Assembly: GCA_913043255.1 (NCBI GenBank)
Contig: CAJWLK010000001.1
Location: 324,288-388,287, forward strand
DNA length: 64,000 nt
Source: an uncultured Gemmatimonadota bacterium
Lineage (GTDB): Bacteria; Gemmatimonadota; Gemmatimonadetes; Palauibacterales; Palauibacteraceae
Direction of reading: 5' to 3'
Numbering within the stretch: the first letter of the stretch is position 1; each line of letters opens with the position of its first letter. Under the pieces are notes generated by a model. It saw only the letters and a list, made by a program, of their open reading frames with translations, did no database searches and was not told the origin of the DNA. A program made the translations under genes and the position numbers. Positions 29,840 to 39,401 of the stretch are shown here, one piece after another.

Positions 29840-31105
29840 TCATGATCCAGTCGAATCGCGGGTTTCACCTGAATCATGTGCTGTCACTGGACCGCCCCAC
29901 TGATGGCCAGGTTCAATCTTTTCCTCAACGTCCTGCTTATGGGGCGAGGGTATCCGAACGGAAAGAATGACCGCGATGGTTGACAAAGATGCACCCACGA
30001 GGAATGGGCTCCCAATCGCATACGTCTGAAATAATGCTCCGGCCCACAAAGGACCGACCACTCGTCCTAGTCCGCCCGCGAGCTGGCTTCCACCAAGCAC
30101 AGAGCCCTGTGAGTACTCATCAGTTGCCCGTGAAATGAGGGAATGAAGTGATGGGAAAAGCATTCCCGTGGCTATTGCCCAGAGTGGCACTAGTAGCGCC
30201 AACCACCACCGATTGGGAATGAATGCGATCATGCCGACACTGACCGCTAGCAACAAACATCCAGCACGAACTGTCGAAGGCTCTCCAAACATTTTCACGA
30301 TGCGGCCGACAAGAACACCTCGAACCACAACCGTAACTGCCCCAGCTAGTGTAAACACTAGCCCCATGTCAGCGGCCGTCATTGAGAATACGCGCTGCAT
30401 ATACAGCGCTAATACAGACGTCATCGACGTGAAGGAGCTAATCGTAAGAAAATATACGGCGAGGAGGAGCCCCAATGGGAACTCCGTCAATGAGCGTACC
30501 CAACTACTAAGCGTCGCTGCCTGACCCTTTGCCCTGCCTGCCAAGCGTTCTTGGAATTGGCGCGATTCCGGAAGAAACGCGATGGCAGCGAAGGCATTGA
30601 GAAGACATAAACCTGCAGCGACGAGACCTGGTGCACCAAGGCCATATCGACTGAAATAACCTCCAATCGCAGGCCCAAGCATGATACCCAACCCCGATGC
30701 CGCGCCTACCATGCCCAGTCCACGTGCCCGCTCGTCCCCTTCGGTCGAATCCGCCACGTAAGCATGTGCAACAGAGATCGTTCCACCCGCCGCACCTGCT
30801 GCCATCCGGGAAAGCAAGAGAACAGTTATCGAATTTGCGAGCGCAAACAATAAATACGATATCGCGGACGCGAAAAGCCCTATGATAATAAGCATCCGAC
30901 GACCACGGCGGTCTGAAAAACGGCCCCAAATTGGGGCAGCGACAAGCTGTAGGGCCGAAAAAGAAGCGATGATCAACGTAACTTCAAACGGTGAGGCCCC
31001 AAGATCTTCCGCATAGAAAGGAAGGAGCGGGAGAACGATTCCAAATCCTATCATGTCCACAAGTACCGTCGCGAACAAAACACTAAGACCCGTTCGTCTC
31101 AGCAT
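29840..31105 (-). CDS. MFS transporter, TetA/DHA1-like
   Basis: DMIGFGIVLPLLP, GRFSDRRGRR motif A, GPAIGG motif C; about 12 TMs. Confidence 0.9.
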   Translation of the reverse strand: MLRRTGLSVLFATVLVDMIGFGIVLPLLPFYAEDLGASPFEVTLIIASFSALQLVAAPIWGRFSDRRGRRMLIIIGLFASAISYLLFALANSITVLLLSRMAAGAAGGTISVAHAYVADSTEGDERARGLGMVGAASGLGIMLGPAIGGYFSRYGLGAPGLVAAGLCLLNAFAAIAFLPESRQFQERLAGRAKGQAATLSSWVRSLTEFPLGLLLAVYFLTISSFTSMTSVLALYMQRVFSMTAADMGLVFTLAGAVTVVVRGVLVGRIVKMFGEPSTVRAGCLLLAVSVGMIAFIPNRWWLALLVPLWAIATGMLFPSLHSLISRATDEYSQGSVLGGSQLAGGLGRVVGPLWAGALFQTYAIGSPFLVGASLSTIAVILSVRIPSPHKQDVEEKIEPGHQWGGPVTAHDSGETRDSTGS

Positions 31106-31511
31106 GCGGACTCCGCTTGCACTCCCATCACGATCGAAACCGTGTACTGGTGATTGCAGTCGGGCTCTGTGTCCAAAGCGATCAAATCAATGGTCATTCC
31201 AAGGACACTTAGTGGCCCCTTTTGTAAGCCAACCGGCTTTTGGCGGCATTTTGTGAGAAACGCTGGGCCAACACATCTGGTAAAGGATCAACGTTGTCGC
31301 GAATCATCGTGTTCCGCAGCTGTCACTCTCTTTACGCGACGACGAATGTTAGCCTCCGACAGCAGCTATTTCGAGGCCCGCTTCATCAATCTGCAAGTTG
31401 TCTGGTACTGTGCCGACGGGATAGTTTTGATTCCCGCCGATCGCCAAGAAAAAAATCATCCGATCCATGAGAAGATACTCACAGGTCGGTTCTTAACGCG
31501 GAAGGAACCCG

Positions 31512-32306
31512 ATGGCTAATAAGCTGATCAAGTACGGAGTTGAGGACGGTGTCGCAATCCTAACGATTGATGACCCTCCTGCGAACACCTACACATATGA
31601 AATGATGCAAGATCTAGATGACGCTATCCTGCAGGCCCGTTTCGATGAAAATGTCCATGTGATCGTACTTCGTGGGGGTGGGGAAAAGTTCTTTTCTGCC
31701 GGAGCGAACATCAATATGCTCCAAACCTCCGACCCTTACTTTAAATACTTCTTCTGTCTACACGCGAATGAAACACTCACCCGTCTCGAACAAACACCCA
31801 AACTGGTGATTGGCGCACTCAATGGACATACAGTCGGGGGTGGCCTTGAGATTGCGCTTGCTTGTGATATTCGGATCGCCCGAAAAGATGCGGGTAAAAT
31901 TGGCCTTCCAGAGGTCAACTTGGGCGTGCTACCAGGTACCGGCGGAACCCAGCGACTTGGCCGAATCCTTGGAAAGTCTAAGTCGATCGAGCTTATGGTA
32001 GAGGGACGCACGTTTGGGTTTAGTGAGGCGCTCGAGCTAGGGCTCATAAACAAGATTCTCGAAGGCGACAATGAAGAATTCTTTAGCCAAGTAATGGAAT
32101 ACGCGAAGCAGTTCACACCACCCCATAAAGCTTCCCGTGCGGTAGGTCGAATCAAACGATCTGTTTGTAGTGGTACCGAGGTTCCCTTCTCCGAGGGCCT
32201 CGCAATCGAGCGCGAACTTCAGCAACTTTTGTTCCAGGGAGAGGACGCTAAAGAAGGTCTCGCAGCCTACACCGAGAAGCGGAATCCCACTTTCACTGGA
32301 AGATAG
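31512..32306 (+). CDS. enoyl-CoA hydratase/isomerase family protein
   Basis: FSAGANI, GGGLEIALACD, LPEVNLGVLPGTGGTQRL, both catalytic Glu present. Confidence 0.9.
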   Translation: MANKLIKYGVEDGVAILTIDDPPANTYTYEMMQDLDDAILQARFDENVHVIVLRGGGEKFFSAGANINMLQTSDPYFKYFFCLHANETLTRLEQTPKLVIGALNGHTVGGGLEIALACDIRIARKDAGKIGLPEVNLGVLPGTGGTQRLGRILGKSKSIELMVEGRTFGFSEALELGLINKILEGDNEEFFSQVMEYAKQFTPPHKASRAVGRIKRSVCSGTEVPFSEGLAIERELQQLLFQGEDAKEGLAAYTEKRNPTFTGR

Positions 32307-32333
32307 GGCTGTGCCAACTAGCGAGTCCATCGC

Positions 32334-33551
32334 GTGAATCCGAACGACCGCGACCCAGTCATCATCGACGCCGTCCGCACTCCTGTCGGGCGGGCGGGCG
32401 GCGCCCTTTCTTCGGTACGTCCGGACGACCTGCTCGCACATACGATTCGCGAATTGATCAGGCGAACGGGCATCCCAGCAGATCGTATCGAGGACATCAT
32501 CGCTGGTTGTACGAACGGTGCAGGTGAAGACAACCGCAACGTAGCAAGGATGGCGGGCCTACTCGCCGGACTACCCATCGAGGTGCCCGGACAAACTGTG
32601 AACCGACTCTGTGGCTCCGGTTTGCAGGCTGTGGTGTCCGCGGGGCACGCCATCCAGGCTGGTGCAGGTGATGTCTTTATTGCAGGGGGTGTGGAGAGCA
32701 TGTCGCGAGCACCCTGGGTCATGCTCAAGCCAACAACCGGATTTTCACGTGTTCCTCCACCCGTAGCAGATACAACTGTGGGCTGGAGGTTCACAAATCC
32801 AACCATGCCCAAATCTTGGACGATCTCATTGGGCGAAACGGCGGAAGTCGTCGCTGAACAGAGTTCGGTGAGTCGTGAGGATCAAGATGCATTCGCCCTT
32901 GAAAGCCAACAGCGAGCTGTTCGAGCCATTGAGGAGGGGCGGTTTATTGATGAAATCGTCTCCATTGACATACCACAGCGTAAAGGTGCTCCAATAACCG
33001 TTGACCACGATGAACACCCCCGGCCTGATCTTACGCTCGAAAAGCTCTCAACGCTCCGACCAGCCTTCCGTGATAATGGCACTGTCACTGCGGGTAACGC
33101 TTCTGGCATCAACGATGGTGCAGCTGCACTTCTTATAACAAGTCGGACCGCCGCGGAGGAACTAGGCTTTCGCCCGATGGCCCGACTTGGATCGTCCGCC
33201 GTCGTTGGGGTGGACCCCGCACATATGGGATTGGGGCCAGTTCCCGCGACCCGTAAAGCACTCCAACGCGCCGGCCTTTCGGTTGACGATCTTGATCTAA
33301 TTGAAATCAATGAAGCCTTCGCAGCCCAAGCGCTTCCTTGCATCGAGCAGCTTGGTTTTGATCCAGAACGAACTAACGTGAATGGTGGCGCCATTGCACT
33401 TGGCCATCCGCTTGGGTGTACCGGAGCTAAACTCATCACCACACTCACGCACGAACTCCGACGTCGCGGCGCATCAATTGGCCTCGTCACAATGTGCATT
33501 GGAGTCGGGCAAGGAATCGCTCTCGTCGTACATATGGAGGATCCCGCGTGA
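32334..33551 (+). CDS. thiolase, 3-oxoadipyl-CoA thiolase (PcaF/PaaJ)-like
   Basis: [46 protein letters not shown]. Confidence 0.88.
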   Translation: MNPNDRDPVIIDAVRTPVGRAGGALSSVRPDDLLAHTIRELIRRTGIPADRIEDIIAGCTNGAGEDNRNVARMAGLLAGLPIEVPGQTVNRLCGSGLQAVVSAGHAIQAGAGDVFIAGGVESMSRAPWVMLKPTTGFSRVPPPVADTTVGWRFTNPTMPKSWTISLGETAEVVAEQSSVSREDQDAFALESQQRAVRAIEEGRFIDEIVSIDIPQRKGAPITVDHDEHPRPDLTLEKLSTLRPAFRDNGTVTAGNASGINDGAAALLITSRTAAEELGFRPMARLGSSAVVGVDPAHMGLGPVPATRKALQRAGLSVDDLDLIEINEAFAAQALPCIEQLGFDPERTNVNGGAIALGHPLGCTGAKLITTLTHELRRRGASIGLVTMCIGVGQGIALVVHMEDPA

Positions 33552-34366
33552 GCAATCCGCAGGTTCTCATCGAAGTCAACGAGGGGATCGGGACGCTGAC
33601 CCTCAACCGCCCCGAGAAGCTCAACTCGTTCATCGGAACTATGCGAGATGAGATCGCAAATGGTATCGACAAATTGTCCAGAGACGAGTCAGTGCGGTGC
33701 GTCATTGTGACAGGAGCAGGCCGTGCTTTCTGTGCGGGTGCTGACGTCACCTATCTGACCAAGCTCATAGAGACACAGGCTGTCGACGAAGCGATCGCAC
33801 TTGTGGAAGCCGGACGCCAAGTCACAACAGCTATTCGAGAGATGCCAAAGCCAGTGATTGCAGCGATCAATGGTGCTGCAGCGGGTGGAGGAGCCAACAT
33901 GGCTTTGGCTTGTGATCTAAGAATCGCAGCGGAAAACGCTTCCATTGGGCAGACGTTCAACCGCATCGGCCTACACCCTGACTGGGGTGGAACCTATGCA
34001 GTTCCGCGTCTCGTCGGGCCAGCCCGAGCAGCCGAACTATTCTTCTTTGCCGAGATGGTCCCCGCCTTAGAAGCTGAGAGAATCGGGCTCATTAATCGTG
34101 TGGTACCGCCAGAAGCCTTGATGCCCACGGCGCATGAATGGGCAGCACATTTAGCCGCCAAGCCTCCCCTTGCCATACAGTTGGCCAAGCAAGCGATTCA
34201 GTTGAGTCTCAACTCAAGTTTTGAAGAAATGCTCAACTATGAAACCGAAGCCCAGCGAGCCTGCTTCAAGTCTGAGGACGCACTTGAGGGCGTGCGCGCG
34301 TTCATCGAAAAACGCGAACCAAGATTCAGTACAGGACAGTCATCCAATTTGGCTTCTGGAGGTTAG
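33548..34366 (+). CDS. enoyl-CoA hydratase/isomerase, PaaG-like
   Basis: [34 protein letters not shown] (Asp-type isomerase); GTG 33548 overlaps thiolase stop. Confidence 0.85.
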   Translation: MSNPQVLIEVNEGIGTLTLNRPEKLNSFIGTMRDEIANGIDKLSRDESVRCVIVTGAGRAFCAGADVTYLTKLIETQAVDEAIALVEAGRQVTTAIREMPKPVIAAINGAAAGGGANMALACDLRIAAENASIGQTFNRIGLHPDWGGTYAVPRLVGPARAAELFFFAEMVPALEAERIGLINRVVPPEALMPTAHEWAAHLAAKPPLAIQLAKQAIQLSLNSSFEEMLNYETEAQRACFKSEDALEGVRAFIEKREPRFSTGQSSNLASGG

Positions 34367-34443
34367 AAAATGAAGGTAGAGGTGGGACCTTGTGATCCAC
34401 ATTGGTACCATCTATCGGTCATTTCACAGGCAACCCCAAGTTC

Positions 34444-35301
34444 ATGAATCACGACACTCTAACCGTTATTGGTGCTGGAACCATGGGTCACGGTATCGCT
34501 CAAGTGGCAGCGATGGCGGGCTATGAGACTCGGCTTTTCGACCTGGAACCTGAGGCGCTTGAAGCTGCTCAAGTACGCATAGCGTCTAACCTAGCCAAAG
34601 GCATCAAGCGTGGTAAAGTCGACCCGAAAGAGATGGAACGCACACGTGATGCCCTATCGATGACCACTGACCTCGCCGAAGCAACCAATGGAGCTTCGGT
34701 CGTGATCGAAGCGGTTCCGGAGAAACTTTCACTCAAGCAAAACCTCCTACTTGAGTGCGCTAACTTAACAAGCCACGGTGTTCTTCTTGCGAGCAATACG
34801 TCTTCGTTATCGATCAGTCGGATTGCCCAGAAAGTTCCGTCGCCTGAGCGCGTGGTTGGCATGCACTTCTTCAACCCCGTGCACATCATGGAACTGGTCG
34901 AGATCGTTCAGGGAGAGGAAACCTCCTCGGAGACCGTGGAACGGGCACGGACCCTCACCAAGCACCTAGGTAAAACGCCTATCGTTGTGAAAGACTCTCC
35001 TGGTTTCGCATCGTCTCGACTCGGAGTGGCGATCGGTCTCGAGGCCATACGTATGGTTGAAGAAGGGGTCGCATCACCAGAGGACATCGATACTGCAATG
35101 ATGTTAGGGTATCGCTATCCAGTCGGGCCCCTCAGGCTGGGAGATCTCGTGGGTCTCGATGTGCGGCTGGATATTGCGCAACATCTATTCGAGGAGCTCA
35201 ACTCGCCAAGATTCAAACCCCCTGCCTTGCTTGAGCAAATGGTACGAGAAGGAAAGCTCGGAAAGAAGAGCGGTGAAGGCTTCTATCGATGGGAAGACTG
35301 A
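34444..35301 (+). CDS. 3-hydroxyacyl-CoA dehydrogenase
   Basis: GAGTMGHG, EAVPE, SNTSSL, GMHFFNP, GKLGKKSGEGFY; start ATG 34444. Confidence 0.92.
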   Translation: MNHDTLTVIGAGTMGHGIAQVAAMAGYETRLFDLEPEALEAAQVRIASNLAKGIKRGKVDPKEMERTRDALSMTTDLAEATNGASVVIEAVPEKLSLKQNLLLECANLTSHGVLLASNTSSLSISRIAQKVPSPERVVGMHFFNPVHIMELVEIVQGEETSSETVERARTLTKHLGKTPIVVKDSPGFASSRLGVAIGLEAIRMVEEGVASPEDIDTAMMLGYRYPVGPLRLGDLVGLDVRLDIAQHLFEELNSPRFKPPALLEQMVREGKLGKKSGEGFYRWED

Positions 35302-35468
35302 CCCCGTTCTAGTTACTTGCGCAGAGCCCTCTACACACTCGACCTTCCACGATCAACCTTACCTCTGATGGAATTCTGATTGGAATGTGCGATGTTCCGT
35401 GGACCACAGAACGTCAAACCCCTAACTATACTTTAGAGGACGCAGCCCAGTATTGAGGAGAACGTAAC

Positions 35469-36842
35469 ATGAACGATATACAGACTATTGAGCCTAAAGT
35501 TGAGGATCCGATCAAGGATTCTGCATCCAACAATGAGGGGTCTATGAAACCGCAATCATCGGGAAGGGAGAGCCAGTCACAACAGGGCGATTATTTGTAC
35601 CCATGGGTACGACCGTATTACGAGGATCCACTTGTAATGTCCTCCGCAGAGGGTGTGTGGGTCCGCGATGTAGACGACAATCAATTCCTAGACCTATTCG
35701 CGGGGATCCTAACAACATCAATCGGACACTGCCATCCAGTGGTTCAAGAAGCGGTACACGAACAAATGGCGCGTCTCGGACATACTTCGACGCTGTACAT
35801 TACCGAGGGGCAGATCGAAGCTGCAAAATCTCTCGCACAAATAACACCAGGCGAATTGCAGACGACCTGCTTTACTAACAGCGGCACTGAAGCGGTTGAG
35901 TCTGCGATCGCTACAGCCCGCCTCTATACCGGCCGTCACGAGATCGTGGCACTTCGTCTTTCGTATTCGGGTCGTAGCACACTGACGAGTCACATGACCG
36001 CACAAAGGGCTTGGCGACTCCCATTTGGCGGGGCTTCAGGAGTCGTCCATGCTCGCTCACCATATCCGTATCGGTCACCAGTTGGAGATGGGGCCGAGTG
36101 CAGCGACTTCTTTATCGACGACCTGGTCGAGGTAATCGAAACTACCACCGGCGGTCAACCCGCCGCCTTCTTCGCTGAAACGATCCAAGGGGTAGCCGGA
36201 TACATTGTTCCACCCCCTGACTATTTTCAGCGTGCAGCCGAAGTCATTCGAAGTTATGGAGGGCTTTTCATCATCGATGAGGTACAGGCAGGCTTCGGAA
36301 GAACGGGGAAACACTGGTTCGGCATAGAGCACTGGGATGTTGAACCCGACATCATGGTCATGGCCAAAGGCATCGCAAATGGGTTCCCTGTCGGAGCAAC
36401 TGTCACCCGCCCCGAGATAGCGGAAGCATGGCAAGGACCGTCGATCGCAACCTTTGGGGGCAATCCAATCGCGATGGCCGCGATGAGAGCTACCCAAAAT
36501 GTAATGAATCGTGAGGACGTTCCAACACGAGCCCACGAGAGAGGAACTCAGCTGCGGCTTGGGCTGGACCAGCTTCGCGACAAGTATTCCTGGGTTGGTG
36601 AGGTTCGAGGAATGGGGCTCATGCAAGGGATCGAACTAGTGACCGATCGAGCCACCAAAACCCCAGATGGGGGCCGGGCAGAAAAACTCCTTGAGGCAAC
36701 CAAAGAGGAAGGTTTACTGGTTGGACGTGGAGGACTCTTCGGCCATGTAATACGGGTTGGCCCTTCACTCCTCATCACAGAAGACGAAATCGAAGAGGCG
36801 TTAAAACGTTTCGGGGCCGCATGTGAACGAGTAGACGGATGA
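35469..36842 (+). CDS. class III PLP aminotransferase (AGXT2/GabT-like)
   Basis: NSGTEA, DEVQAGFGRTG, MAKGIANG, TFGGNP, VRGMGLM; GAGGAG RBS. Confidence 0.9.
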   Translation: MNDIQTIEPKVEDPIKDSASNNEGSMKPQSSGRESQSQQGDYLYPWVRPYYEDPLVMSSAEGVWVRDVDDNQFLDLFAGILTTSIGHCHPVVQEAVHEQMARLGHTSTLYITEGQIEAAKSLAQITPGELQTTCFTNSGTEAVESAIATARLYTGRHEIVALRLSYSGRSTLTSHMTAQRAWRLPFGGASGVVHARSPYPYRSPVGDGAECSDFFIDDLVEVIETTTGGQPAAFFAETIQGVAGYIVPPPDYFQRAAEVIRSYGGLFIIDEVQAGFGRTGKHWFGIEHWDVEPDIMVMAKGIANGFPVGATVTRPEIAEAWQGPSIATFGGNPIAMAAMRATQNVMNREDVPTRAHERGTQLRLGLDQLRDKYSWVGEVRGMGLMQGIELVTDRATKTPDGGRAEKLLEATKEEGLLVGRGGLFGHVIRVGPSLLITEDEIEEALKRFGAACERVDG

Positions 36843-36969
36843 TTGCCGGCCTCTCTTGGCAAACGTGGCTCCTTGCCGCTGCCGCTGTGATTCCTGGACT
36901 TGCTATCACTTTCAGCTTCTACCATGTCCAAAGAGACCGTGCTGCGGACAGATCCGAAGGCCCTGAAGT

Positions 36970-37887
36970 GTGAATCGACTTGAAGGGCGGACCGCAATTG
37001 TTACTGGGGCCGGACGCGGTATTGGACGAGAGCATGCTCGGGCACTGGCAAGCGAAGGCGCAGCCGTAATCGTCAATGATCTAGGCACAGAAGTGGATGG
37101 GAACGGTACAGAATCAAAGCTGGCAGACCGTGTCTGCGAAGAGATTTGTTCAAGCGGTGGTAACGCCATTCCTAGCCGACACGATGTGTCAGATTGGCAC
37201 CAAGCGAGCCAGCTTATCGATCTCGCCATCTCCTCGTTCGGCGGACTCGACATCCTTGTAAATAATGCCGGGATACTTCGAGATCGCGCTTTTTTCAACA
37301 TGAGTGAAGACGAATGGGACGCGGTAATTACTGTACACCTAAAAGGTCATGCCGCACCTAGCCGACACGCGATGGCATATTGGCGCACGGAGTCCAAGGC
37401 AGGCCGATCGCGACTAGCCTCGGTTATCCACACCACCTCATCATCTGGCTTGTGTGGCAACTTCGGTCAAGTCAACTACGGTGCTGCGAAGATGGGTATC
37501 GTGGGTCTATCAAAGGTCCTATCGATCGAAGGCATAAAATACGGGGTGCGTTCGAACGTGATCTCACCATCCGCACGCACTCGTATGACCGATCAACAGG
37601 CTGGAGCCGAGATATTGGGCGAGCCTGATGAGACTGGATATGATCCCTACGGTGCCAAACACATCGCGATCGTGGCAGCCTGGCTAGCTGAGGCCAATTG
37701 CCCGGCAAACAACCAGGTATTCCACGTTTCCGGTCGCCGGATCAGCGTACTCGAGATTCCTCGAATTTCCTATGAGGTCCGGTCAGAATTAGCAGACTGG
37801 ACGCCTGAGGGGCTCAGTGAAGCACTGATCGACGGACTGGTATCGCCACTCGGAGCATATGAGCTGATTCTGGGGAGAGAATTCTGA
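36970..37887 (+). CDS. short-chain dehydrogenase (MFE-2/HSD17B4-like SDR)
   Basis: TGAGRGIG, VNDLG, NNAGILRD, GNFGQVNYGAAK. Confidence 0.9.
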   Translation: MNRLEGRTAIVTGAGRGIGREHARALASEGAAVIVNDLGTEVDGNGTESKLADRVCEEICSSGGNAIPSRHDVSDWHQASQLIDLAISSFGGLDILVNNAGILRDRAFFNMSEDEWDAVITVHLKGHAAPSRHAMAYWRTESKAGRSRLASVIHTTSSSGLCGNFGQVNYGAAKMGIVGLSKVLSIEGIKYGVRSNVISPSARTRMTDQQAGAEILGEPDETGYDPYGAKHIAIVAAWLAEANCPANNQVFHVSGRRISVLEIPRISYEVRSELADWTPEGLSEALIDGLVSPLGAYELILGREF

Positions 37888-37892
37888 CCAAG

Positions 37893-38366
37893 TTATGTTG
37901 CCACCATCTTTTTTAGCGCCATAATCACCCCAGTATGTATTCCCTCATGAAACTGATTGAAAATAACGCCGTCCTCAAACGTATTTAGTTCAAGTCCAGT
38001 CGATGTACTGTAGCCTTGGTAATCGACAAAAAGACCAGCTTCCAGATCTTCTTTGAACCGACCGGGCAACTCTCGAACGAATGCCTTGATCTGTATGATA
38101 TCCGGCGTCGACTGCCAATCGGCCGGTGAGGTTCCTCCGCGAAACTCAGCAATAAACTCATCTGACACATACATATCCAATCCAGACAGCTTATAGGTCA
38201 GTAGCTGCTGTGCTGCCACAATGTGCCCGAGATTCCACAAGATATTATTTGAATAGCCAGCGGGGACGACGCACAGAGCATCATCGTTCACGTCATCAAT
38301 CAATCTCTCAAGTAACGCACGTTCCTGCTTGTGCAACATCGCAGCGTTGTTAAGCCTATTGGTCAT
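37893..38366 (-). CDS. DinB family protein
   Basis: NNILWNLGH and FNQFHEGIHTG His triad. Confidence 0.88.
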   Translation of the reverse strand: MTNRLNNAAMLHKQERALLERLIDDVNDDALCVVPAGYSNNILWNLGHIVAAQQLLTYKLSGLDMYVSDEFIAEFRGGTSPADWQSTPDIIQIKAFVRELPGRFKEDLEAGLFVDYQGYSTSTGLELNTFEDGVIFNQFHEGIHTGVIMALKKMVAT

Positions 38367-38465
38367 ATAATCTCCAGTACTCGATCACGCCACAATTCCG
38401 CAGGAGAGAACTTGCGGAGTACGTGTCCAGGGGGGGAATTTACAGTCAGTCTAGGAGGCAACATA

Positions 38466-39371
38466 ATGGGAAGCATACGATACATTGTCACGACCTTTAC
38501 CACATTTTTACTTGTACCGATCGTCGTGTCAGCCCAAGCGACCAGCCAAGACCTAACCCCTGAGCAGCGTGCCCGAATGCAGATGGAGCGCGAGACTCGA
38601 GTAGCCGCAGAACTCATTTCACGTCGACCAATCGAAGCCCTGAACTCCATCTGGATTGAAGAACTGACCTGGATGGAAGTCCGCGACCTACTCCAAACTG
38701 GCACAAATACGGCAATCATATCCACGGGCGGAATCGAGCAGAATGGACCATACGTCGCGACCGGCAAGCATAATTATGTGCTTGAGGGCACATGCGAAGG
38801 GATCGCGTTGAAACTCGGGAATGCGCTTTGCGCTCCCATTATGAAGCTGGTTCCGGAAGGAGACATCGACGAACCGTCTGGCCACATGCGGTACTCAGGT
38901 ACGATCTCACTGCGCCAGGAAACATTTGAAGCGGTGCTCGAAGATGTCGCCTCAAGTCTTGAAGCCCACGGGTTTGAACATATTGTATTTATTGGGGACA
39001 GTGGCGGGAACCAGCGCGGCATGGAAAACGTCGCGAGAACACTTAATGAACGTTGGCACAAGGCACACGCACATTTTATCCCCGAATACTACCAATACGG
39101 CGGATCCGAATTCCTCGAGTCTGAGTTGGGCATCGTACAAACCGAAAACGATGGAATACACGACAGCTTCGGCATTACCAGTCTAATGATGGTCATTGAC
39201 CCTACGGTCGTTCGTTACACGCAGCGCGTGGACGCCGGGCTTGCTAAGATCAATGGGGTCCCTATAGCACCCAAGGAAGAGACGATCGAGGTCGGCAAGA
39301 AACTCATGGCGTTTCGGGTCAACCTGACCGTAGACAAGATCCACGAATCGATTGCTAAAACAAAACCGTAA
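38466..39371 (+). CDS. exported creatininase-family protein with atypical metal ligands
   Basis: EELTWMEV, GGIEQNGP, SGTISL, GDSGGN; start ATG 38466 after AGGAGG yields a signal peptide. Confidence 0.82.
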   Translation: MGSIRYIVTTFTTFLLVPIVVSAQATSQDLTPEQRARMQMERETRVAAELISRRPIEALNSIWIEELTWMEVRDLLQTGTNTAIISTGGIEQNGPYVATGKHNYVLEGTCEGIALKLGNALCAPIMKLVPEGDIDEPSGHMRYSGTISLRQETFEAVLEDVASSLEAHGFEHIVFIGDSGGNQRGMENVARTLNERWHKAHAHFIPEYYQYGGSEFLESELGIVQTENDGIHDSFGITSLMMVIDPTVVRYTQRVDAGLAKINGVPIAPKEETIEVGKKLMAFRVNLTVDKIHESIAKTKP

Positions 39372-39401
39372 AATGCGTCGGCACCAGGTGAGAAAACACC
39401 C

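Noticed and set aside
31106-31511. 400-bp divergent intergenic region with short ORFs
   Set aside because: No convincing RBS, protein motif, repeat or RNA structure found by eye.
32882-33499. 205-aa minus-strand ORF
   Set aside because: Antisense shadow of the thiolase.
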